DNA from: Neoechinorhynchus agilis
Taxonomy: Eukaryota > Animalia > Acanthocephala
Length of the DNA stretch: 21,720 bases
Assembly (NCBI GenBank): GCA_051530055.1
Contig: JBMGUZ010000048.1
Span: forward strand, 1-21,720
Reading direction: 5' to 3'
Under the pieces are notes generated by a model. The model saw nothing but the letters and a program-made list of their open reading frames with translations. It did no database searches and was not told where the DNA came from. A program made the translations under genes and the position numbers. Shown piece by piece: positions 10,923 to 19,894 of the stretch (its first letter is position 1; each line of letters starts with the position of its first letter).

Positions 10923-12459
10923 TAAACGATCAAATCATTCCATCCGAAAGAGGCGTTCAACAGAAATACTCATTGGTTTCGCGCTCACAGTGAACGAATT
11001 TGCGCATTATCTTGATTCGGAATTCAACGCCTTTTATGTGGACGATGCTGCGCTGGGAGGCGATCCCCAGGTAGTTCTTGATAGAGGCAAGGAAGCTGGG
11101 CATTTTGAATTGAACACAGAAAAATGCGAAATTCTATTCTGTAATATAGAGAAGGACCCTGCAAAAGGCGTAATAATGCGTGACTTTGAAAGTCGGGATA
11201 GAAATGGTCGATTTAGACCGGCTTAAGCTTTTGGGCAGTTGCGCATTTGATGGGAATGTAGAAAACGAAATTAACAGCCTTCTAAAGAAATTATCGGTGC
11301 TTTGCGATAAGGTCTGTGAGCTTGGATCACACGAGGTTCTGTCCTTGATAAAGGATACCCTCTTCATCTTGAAGTTCCTCGCCGTTTTTCAAGCACAAGG
11401 TTCAGCGTGGCAATCTAGATAACAGATTGAAGGACTGTCTCGAGCAAGTTTTAAATGTCCAGCTGTCAGAAGAGGCATGGCGACAAGCTTCTTTGCCTGT
11501 ATCTTCTGGCGGGCTGGGTATCCGGAAAACAGCAGACATATTCCTGCCCGCATCTTTAGGCTCCTATGGGGGAAGCGCAGTTCAACGCATTTTGAAAGAT
11601 GCGTATCGTCTTGATAGGCATTTTGAAGAGGGAATCAGTGAGTGGTGTACACTGACCAACTCCGGTCGCCAAAAACAATCTGCGTGGGCATCTCGCCGCA
11701 AGTGTTCAAAGCTCTCTCTTATCAGACTCAAACGACGACGTTGCCCGTGCCAGGTTGTTGGCAGTCTCCAGTAGAGAATCCACGGTCCCGCTGGCATCCG
11801 AGGGTACTATCCCACGAGGCAAAACGGGCCGGAGTTCAATGAGACTGGGACTACCGATGTGTCATCCCCAGCGTTGCCGCTGCGGTGCAAATGTGGATTC
11901 GTCGGGATGCCATGGTCTCATCTGTTGAAAATCAGCCGGTAGATTCGCAAGACATTCTGAAATTAACATGGTGCTGAGCCGGGCACTTGTTACGCCTCAA
12001 ATACCCCAATATTTTGGAACCAGCCCACCTCTGTTCCATGGCAGGAGGGTAAATGCCTCCTCTGGGACGCCACTGTGTCGATACACTCGCAACCAGCAAT
12101 CCAAAGTTCTGGGTGGTTCAAGCTGGAGGTGCAGCGAACGCTGCGGAATGACGGAAAACGGCGAAATACCTCGATTTAGCCAATGTACCTACGGATCTCT
12201 TGATTGCGAGGCTCCTCAACTTCTGAAGGATGTGAAGCGACGCCTTCAGGTTATAACCGGCGATCCAAGGTCAGGTCAAAACCTGGTTATAAAATATCAG
12301 CACCGCCGGGTTGAGAGGCAACATTGCGAGCATTCGGGCGACAATCGAGGACGGCGAATAATTATGTTTATATCTTCAAGTGAGCGTGTATGTTACATTC
12401 AGGTTCTGGTAATAAAAGTTAATTTCATTATTAAATTCTCCAGAAAAAATAGAAAAAAA
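10923..12459 (+). mobile_element. Decayed 5'-truncated CRE-like non-LTR retrotransposon (RT + RLE remnant), copy B
   Basis: Motifs in order, across frameshifts: IPSERGVQQ, FYVDDAALGGD (RT YxDD), ELNTEKCEI, LKLLGS, QASLPVSSGGLGIR, the zinc-knuckle CGANVDSSGCHGLIC*KSAGRFARHSEIN, PWQEGKCLLWDAT (RLE endonuclease region), AANAAE*RKTAKY and RGNIASI. AATAAA and an A-rich tail follow. The clade is assigned from recalled motifs. Confidence 0.85.
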
Positions 12460-12799
12460 GATTCGACAAGTTGGTAGGCGATTACCAGTTTGAAGGTTGA
12501 TGAGAACTGGCTAAAAAATTAATGATAACTTATTGATCATTCAATTTAGCAAAGTCGACCGTTTAGGAAAATACTAATTTGAGAGATGATAAAATTAGAA
12601 TTATACCGAAAAGAAGCCATCAATGCTCGCCAAATGCCAAAAATAAGATACAATAAAGAATATCAGTGATCTAATTTTTAAAAATCGAAGCTCTTAACAA
12701 CAAATCATAGAAAAGCAAAACGAGATGACATCCAAAACAAATTCGCTTAGGTACAAAGTTCAATCAAAAAAACAAAGTTGATGTTTTCGAATTGGGGAG

Positions 12800-12807
12800 T
12801 ATAAATA
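12800..12807 (+). promoter_or_regulatory. Candidate TATA box (TATAAATA), copy B
   Basis: Conserved position upstream of the ATG in all three copies. Confidence 0.5.
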
Positions 12808-12966
12808 CGATTCACTCATTCAATCAAGAAAGTTCGAACATAGAATCTTTCAATCGTCTCCAAGATTTCGGTCGATTATAGCGATCAATTCGAAGAACAT
12901 TTAAGTCGAATTCCTTCTTTATTAATATGAATTAAATTCATTTTTAATCTGACTTTTCCAATTTAG

Positions 12967-14972
12967 ATGTCTGATTCCAGGAAAAGCTCTACTCATTCTC
13001 ATGATGATGGTGATGAATCGTATCAAGGAAATAGAAATCAACGGATCGAAGGAAATTCATCAGAAACCAGTGAAGAATCGATTATTCTTATTGGTGCAAA
13101 GGGTCGACGAATAAATGCGTGGGGGCCGTACACCTACGCGGATTTGATCGCAAAAGCAATCCAAAGCAGCCCCGAAAAGAGGCTGAAACTACGTGAAATT
13201 TATTCATGGCTGGAGGACAACAATTTATATTTTAATTATCGAATGGGCCCCGTCGAAAGTAGGCCTTGGAAGGTAAGTTTCCCATAACTTAAAATTTTTA
13301 TGGCCGCCGATATTGTATTTAGAACGCAATTCGACATTGCCTTACGATAAACAAAAAATTCGTTAAAATCGAGGACGACGATAATCCGAGAAGATCTTGG
13401 TGGACCATTGACCCGAATTACAGGGAGCCAGAACCCAAAAGACCGGGCCGAAAACGTACAAATCCTGGATCAATGAACGATGATCGGAACAAACGGGCCC
13501 GGTCCTCATTTGAACCGAGAGATTTCGTTCATGCAGCACCCCATGAAATGAACAGGACGGTGGAAAATTCGAACGCAGCTAATTTAGTCCAAGGAATCTG
13601 TAATAACAGTACCAATATTGGAAATCGAAATGAACAGTTGGGTTTTGGGAATATGGCACCCAATGGATATTTTCCAAATCAAACTTTGAACTTGGCGAAC
13701 AACCACCGAGTGGAAAATACGAATGCAACTAATTTAGTCCAAGGAATCCACAATAACAGTACCAATATTGGAAATCGAAACGAACAGTTGGGTTTTTGGA
13801 ATATGGCACCCAATGGATATTTTCCAAATCAAAATTTGAACTTGGCGAACAACCACCGAGTAGAAAACACGAACGCAGCCTATTTTGTCCAAGGAATCTG
13901 TAATAACAGTACCAATATTGGAAATCGAAATGAACAGTTGGGTTTTGGGAATATGGCACCCAATGGATATTTTCCAAATCAAAATTTGAACTTGGCGGAG
14001 AACCATCGAGTAGAAAACGCGAACGCAGCTAATTTAGTCCAAGGAATCCACAATAACAGTACCAATATTGGAAATCGAAATGAACAGTTGGGTTTTGGGA
14101 ATATGGCACCCAATGGATATTTTCCAAATCAAACTTTGAACTTGGCGAACAACCACCGAGTGGAAAATACGAATGCAACTAATTTAGTCCAAGGAATCCA
14201 CAATAACAGTACCAATATTGGAAATCGAAACGAACAGTTGGGTTTTGGGAATATGGCACCCAATGGATATCTACCAAATCAAAATTTGAACTTGGCGAAC
14301 AACCACCGAGTGGCAAATACGAACGCAGCTGATTTAGTCCAAGGAATCTACAATAACAGTACCAATATTGGAAATCGAAATGAACAGTTGGGTTTTGGGA
14401 ATATGGCACCCAATGGATATTTTCCAAATCAAAATTTGGACTTGGCGGAGAACCACCGAGTGGCAAATACGAACGCAACTTATTTAGTCCAAGGAATCGA
14501 CAATAACAGTACCAATATTGGAAATCGAAACGAACAGTTGGGGTTTGGGAATATGGCACCCAATGGATATTTTCCAAATCAAAATTTGAACTTGGCGAAC
14601 AACCACCGGATCATTGATTTCGGAACACAGCAGAATAGCGCACCCGTCGAAAACATTAACATTGGAGGAAATGATGGAAATTTCAGATATGGCAATACAG
14701 CGATTCTCCAAAACGGATTAAGTATTCAAGCTAATCAACGAGTCAACAATAGCAATCAGGCTAGTCAAATGGTTTGTCACGTCAATATTTGCGTTGATCC
14801 GAATCACTCCCACGAAATGTCACAGTTTCTCCTTGTGCCGTTTTGTCAAAGATGCGGCGAAATAAAAGCCTTAAACTCAGGAGTTCTAATCTCGCAGGAG
14901 CAAGCGATGATCGCTCTCCAAAACTACAACATTAACCAACAAAATAACAATCAATTCAATCCAATTGGATAA
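12967..14972 (+). CDS. foxO: Divergent FoxO-type forkhead transcription factor with 7 Asn-rich repeats, copy B; join(12967-13272, 13323-14972), 651 aa
   Basis: Exon 1 ends RPWK at 13272. The intron 13273-13322 runs GTAAGT...TATTTAG. Exon 2 begins aac gca att cga cat (NAIRH) and reaches the ATG at 13473 after exactly 50 codons with no stop. Confidence 0.92.
13273..13322 (+). other. 50-nt phase-0 intron in forkhead domain, copy B
   Basis: Canonical donor and acceptor; splicing restores the forkhead domain. Confidence 0.92.
13560..14609 (+). repeat. Coding tandem repeat, 7 units of 150 nt
   Basis: Seven 50-aa units counted in the translation. Confidence 0.97.
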
Positions 14973-15050
14973 AGGTTATCGGACGGCAATCGTTATGCTC
15001 AACCGAAAAGAGCGCATTCAAACAAACCGAAACTCAGCTTTTAAGCATAC

Positions 15051-15056
15051 AATAAA
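15051..15056 (+). terminator. Candidate AATAAA polyadenylation signal, copy B
   Basis: ~80 nt after the stop, conserved across copies. Confidence 0.5.
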
Positions 15057-15469
15057 TATTTCGTTCATCATTGCAACCCAATCGAGCAAAACAATAATTC
15101 AAAAACAAATCGATCAAAACGAAGAGCATTTCTCAAATATCGAATTATTTTAGTATCCACTCGGAAATTGTACGCAGCGTTTAGATTCATGCGAAAAAAG
15201 TATTATTAAAAAACACAAGAACTCTGGGAAAAGTTTAATATTGGAAACAAACTACAAATCATTCATTTAAAAAACGCATTCACAATGCTAAAAAGTATAT
15301 AAATCTCTGAAGGAAAATTAAATTAGAGGTAAGATATTAGCGTCCATTGTTCGTTCTGATTCATAATTGTTCAAGCGGCCAGATTTTTTCGCATTTGTTG
15401 TTTAAAAGTCGAAAAAATCCATTGAAAAAGTAAAGTTTCCTGGCGACAGATTTAAGATCGATCGAATGT

Positions 15470-15540
15470 TGCATTGGACGGATACCGAACCCGGGTCTTT
15501 AGCGTAGCAATCACGAATTCTACCATTCAACCACCAATGC
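15470..15540 (-). pseudogene. Degenerate tRNA-Gly(GCC)-derived sequence (mirror copy)
   Basis: Reverse complement of 168-238. Confidence 0.8.
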
Positions 15541-15773
15541 TCTTGAACTCTCATCTCCGTGAAAAATCTACTTTTACGTTTTTGTGCTGCGCTAATATTT
15601 TGTAGGAGACTAAATTCGTTTTCTTTAATCGCTCAACACAGCCGGCAGCAAATAATTTTCGCAGAAAATGCACCAAAACAGGAATAAGTTCACTTTCGAG
15701 AATAATTGGGATTAGAGCAACCGTTTACTTACAAATCTCTTTAGAAATCATTCTCATAAGATTATTTCTCAAA

Positions 15774-17396
15774 TTACAATCTAATCTTTTTGTTTTTCTC
15801 TTTATCATTCTCCAAAGCTTCACGATGACGCTTTCTATTAGTCGCGTTCAATTCATTTGTACGTTCAGGATTCTCAGCAATCCGCTGCTCTGCTCCTTCT
15901 TCATTGCCGTTAAGGATTTCGACGACGGTTTCTCCGCGCTCCACATTCCCGAAAAGAGACGAATATGCCGATTGCAACTGAGTTGGATTCGAACTCGTTG
16001 ACTGCAATGGAATCCCCTCCGATGCCATGATGGGCATCAATGTTTTTTCGACAAAATCAATAGCTTTTTTAAGCGTAATGGCTCTCAGCGGTCGTCCACG
16101 TTGAAATTCTTTTACGATAACAATCGATTTGTAAAACATTCTTCGGTCTTTACCTGATAAAAATATCTTGAGAAGATATTTTACGACGGATAAAAACTTA
16201 CAATGAGCATGTTGCTTCCGAACTTCTCTTAAGAAAATCTTTATCGTTGGAATCATAGAACCCAATTCCTGCTCAGCCTGTGCTCTGCTCATTCCCAGAA
16301 TTTCTATAAGAGCGTTAAACCGGATTTTTTGTCCTAAAATCTTACCTTCTTCATTCAAAATATTATTTGGTTGAAGAGTTGGTTCCATGTAGACCGGATC
16401 TTGAGATTGATTAAATGCAGCGTTTGAATTTGTAAATCTTATCGCCGATTCTTGGAGATGATTACGGCCATATTCGGAAAAGTTTGATTCAACTTTTAGC
16501 GGTTGGGAAATTTCGGGATTAAAAAACTGTGTTTGTTGCTCGACATTTCTTTGAGTGTCAAATACACCCACAGGATGGAGTTGTTGCCGTTGACCGGTGA
16601 AATCAATCGGCTGATCACTGTACATCGACATATTTGATTGATTGAGTGGTCGAGACTGATTAGGTGCGTAATCCACTTCATATTGATTCAATTGATGGAT
16701 CGGATGCTGTTGACTAATTGGGTTATAGCGATTCGGCTGTCTTGCTTGATATAATCGCTGACTTTGGAGCGTTGGATTTAGTATTCTCGGTGATTGCCAG
16801 ACTTGGTCCGATCTTTGAGGTTGATTTGGCGGAAATGTCGGCTCAAATTGAGTGCATTGGCCGATCTGTTGGGTTTGATTGTAAAAGAACGAACTTTCAT
16901 ATTGATTTGATTGGTCGATCGAATGCTGTTGATTCGTTGTGTGATAGTTTTGCATGCCATGTTCGTTTCGTTGGCATTCGAACATTGGGCCTTGCTGTTC
17001 AAATTGATTAAATTGACCAATTGATTGGTCTGATTGTGTAGCGTTCGGCTGCATTTGGTTACTTAATTGTTGGTGTGGTTCATAGTAGTCGGTCGTTGTA
17101 TGTCTCATTTCTGGTCCAGTTGCTCTTCGATTCGCCCATAAATACCTCGACTGATTTACCATTTCATTTAATAAATCCAACACTGATTTATAGTACTGAG
17201 AGAGATTGCGAGATTGGGTATATAAATCCTCTTCGGTACACTTCAGGGATTCGCCGTGTGGACTTTTACACAGCTCCATAATATTTTGTCTATAATAAAA
17301 CCGATCGGCATTGTGAAGATATCGCGATAAAAGACTACTTACATCGTTTTGGTAACATAAAGACGATTCTCGTAAGCTATTTCCATTTGAATTCAC
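15774..17396 (-). CDS. Uncharacterised Gln/Asn-rich protein, up to 540 aa; start uncertain
   Basis: A 1.6-kb open frame in AT-rich DNA, with a Q-rich middle and a basic C-terminus (RKRHR...KEKNKKIRL). The listed start is GTG; the first in-frame ATG is at 17279 (501 aa), so an upstream exon is possible. I recognise no family. Confidence 0.75.
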   Translation of the reverse strand: MNSNGNSLRESSLCYQNDVSSLLSRYLHNADRFYYRQNIMELCKSPHGESLKCTEEDLYTQSRNLSQYYKSVLDLLNEMVNQSRYLWANRRATGPEMRHTTTDYYEPHQQLSNQMQPNATQSDQSIGQFNQFEQQGPMFECQRNEHGMQNYHTTNQQHSIDQSNQYESSFFYNQTQQIGQCTQFEPTFPPNQPQRSDQVWQSPRILNPTLQSQRLYQARQPNRYNPISQQHPIHQLNQYEVDYAPNQSRPLNQSNMSMYSDQPIDFTGQRQQLHPVGVFDTQRNVEQQTQFFNPEISQPLKVESNFSEYGRNHLQESAIRFTNSNAAFNQSQDPVYMEPTLQPNNILNEEGKILGQKIRFNALIEILGMSRAQAEQELGSMIPTIKIFLREVRKQHAHCKFLSVVKYLLKIFLSGKDRRMFYKSIVIVKEFQRGRPLRAITLKKAIDFVEKTLMPIMASEGIPLQSTSSNPTQLQSAYSSLFGNVERGETVVEILNGNEEGAEQRIAENPERTNELNATNRKRHREALENDKEKNKKIRL

Positions 17397-18609
17397 TTTG
17401 TAGATCGTTGAGTTGTAAGCGATGATTTTTGTAAAAACATTGAATATTTCCTATTCTTACCATTCCGATAGAACCACAAATATTGGCAATTACATAATTA
17501 TTGTTGCCATCTTTGTTTAAATTTAAAACAAATAACAAGGAAGCAAGTCTTTATATTTGCGTATTTTTATTTGTGCATAAATTCCTTTATTTACTCATTG
17601 AAACATTTGGAGATCAATGCTTTAAACATTCTTGCACAAACAAACGCTATATTTTTTGGATGTACTGCTCCAAATACTGAGCTTGATTTTTTTATCAAAT
17701 GAATCAAGATAACGTTTATGGATTTTATGTTGCAATATCACTGATGAAGTGCGAATCGACTAGGATTTTAGATGTATTGAAAATGAGTTCTTGGAGTAAA
17801 AACAATTTCGTGACAGTTGAGTTGAAGAATTTCAGATGAATTTCTCTTATTTACTTAGGTCAAGAAAGTTAAAGGAAAGTAAAAAGGAAGCGAATGCTGC
17901 CACAAATTGTCAACCAACGAAGTATTTTCCTTTGTTGCCACAACTAATTTTTTACTTTTCGTCTCATTCAAATGGTCTTTGAAAGTATCGTGAATTTATG
18001 TCTAAACTTTATTGTCAATAGAAAAACGTAGAAATCAATTCTTTAGATTAAAAACGCTCTCATTTTATTTCACTAGGAATATAACGATCAACCTTAGAAG
18101 TCTCCGAATAAGTTTATCTGCTTTTAAAAAGGGTTGAAAAATGAAATTCGCCAATAATTTCAATCAGTCGGGAGTTTCTGGGAAATGCGGCAAATAATTC
18201 CCTACCAAGACTTATTCACAAAAATCTTAAATGGCAAAAAACAATTTAATTCTGTATTAAATCCAATTAATCTTTTCAAATTATAGTTTCATAAAAAAAT
18301 CAAAATTCAAAAAAAAATATTATCAATGGTTTAGGTGTCCAACATTGCAGCTGGATTTAATCATCGCTTCGGAAATATGCCGATGATAACCAGAAATGTC
18401 TTAAAAAAACGAGCAATTTCAAATCGCATTTGCGAGAAAAAAAAAGAATCAATCCCCCTAAACAATGAAATTTTCCCACGTTTCTTAAACTGGTTTTTAT
18501 ATCTTTATCGGGCCTAATAAAATTACTTCAATTTTATGCCAATATAAAAACATGAATAATTCAATCTTGAAACAAGGTAAAGATTAAGGCGACTTGGAGA
18601 AGGGTAAAA

Positions 18610-19115
18610 AATAATGTCTATATAGCAGAATTTTTTTTTATTATCTCATTGTAAAAGGGTTTTATCTTCTCCTATAGATATTTTTTAATAAAACATCGAA
18701 GAGATTGCAACATTTATAAATCTTAAATATTGATAAATCCGATTTTTTTTCGGTTGAACGCAAAGCTGCAAAATTCTTAAATTCCAATAATTAATTTTTA
18801 CAAATAAAAAAGCACCCGAAAAATCTGCCGGTAAATCGAATTGATTACAAAATTAATCTTTATAATTTCGATACGAACTTTAGAAATAAAAAACTCGTTG
18901 CACATTCACATCAGCATACTTTAAATTCTTTAAATTAAAAAATAATGTCTAAGTAACTGAAATCTTTTCTAATATCTCATTGAAAAAGGGGTTTATCTTC
19001 TTTTATAGAAATTTTTTAATAAAACATCGAAGAGATTGCAACATTTATAAATCTTAAACATCAATAAATCCGATTTTTTAGGTTGAACGCAAAGTAGAAA
19101 AATTCTAAAATTTCA
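18610..19115. repeat. Diverged direct repeat pair (~175 bp; 18610-18786 and 18941-19115)
   Basis: Shared blocks include aataatgtct, tatctcattg, ttttttaataaaacatcgaagagattgcaacatttataaatcttaaa and ggttgaacgcaaag. Confidence 0.8.
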
Positions 19116-19727
19116 AACCGGACTAAAAAAAGTCGAACTGCAAGAAGTTTCGCAAGACGCAACGAATAACCAAGAGTTTTTGAAGAACACGTAAATACAG
19201 CTGATCCTAATCAGGTGCCCGTAGAGCCCGGACGGTAGCCGAACTCGCGAGAACCACAGAAATTTTGTTGAGCAACAGTTCAAGAATTCTGATGTGCGGA
19301 TTGACCGAGCCGTTAGTGATTCGAGTGGGCAACTGGCTAAGCTAATTCACTTGTTCATCATGTACCAAAGAGTCCGGTATTGCCGCGATTGGTAAACCAA
19401 TAAAAAAAGTGCTCAAAAGGTTGATGAGAACTGGCTAAAAAATTAATTAATGATAACTTATTGATCATTCAATTTAGTAAAGTCGACCGTTTAGGAAAAT
19501 ACTAATTTGAGAGATGATAAAATTAGAATTATACCGCAAAGAAGATATCAATGCTCTCCAAATGCCAAAAATAAGATACAATAAAGAATATCAGTGATCA
19601 AATTTTTAAAAATCGAAGCTCTTAACAACAAATCATAGAAAAGCAAAACGAGATGACATCCAAAACAAATTCGCTTAGGTACAAAGTTCAATCAAAAAAA
19701 CAAAGTTGATGTTTTCGAATTGGGGAG

Positions 19728-19735
19728 TATAAATA
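19728..19735 (+). promoter_or_regulatory. Candidate TATA box (TATAAATA), copy C
   Basis: Same position as in copies A and B. Confidence 0.5.
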
Positions 19736-19894
19736 CGATTCACTCATTCAATCAAGAAAGTTCGAACATAGAATCTTTCAATCGTCTCCAAGATTTCGGT
19801 CGAATATAGCGATCAATTCGATGGACATTTAAGTCGAATTCCTTCTTTATTAATATGAATTAAATTCATTTTTAATCTGACTTTTCCAATTTAG

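Larger units (their letters stand above)
10923..15707. repeat. Right arm of large inverted repeat (partner 1-5374)
   Basis: Reverse complement of 1-5374 apart from repeat copy number and scattered substitutions or small indels. Confidence 0.97.

Noticed and set aside
10843-12477. Short ORFs in the retrotransposon regions as functional genes (also 3819-5307)
   Set aside because: They are frameshifted pieces or alternative frames of one decayed RT/endonuclease ORF.
12967-13287. 106-aa ORFs ending WKVSFP as stand-alone proteins (also 3009-3329 and 19895-20215)
   Set aside because: VSFP* is intron read-through; the GTAAGT donor falls exactly after the WK codon.
13560-14609. Repeat as a glycosylated or secreted domain (NNST sequons), or as FG-nucleoporin (LGFG)
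   Set aside because: There is no signal peptide and the repeat is fused to a nuclear DNA-binding domain. One LGFG per 50 aa is too little to call nucleoporin homology.
1-15707. Palindrome as a fold-back sequencing chimera
   Set aside because: The arms differ in repeat count and at many individual sites, and a 5.5-kb unique spacer separates them. This is judged unlikely but still needs read-level confirmation.
16496-17281. Small overlapping ORFs within the 540-aa ORF, plus 18335-18517 and 14965-15153
   Set aside because: Short alternative-frame or antisense ORFs with no recognisable features.
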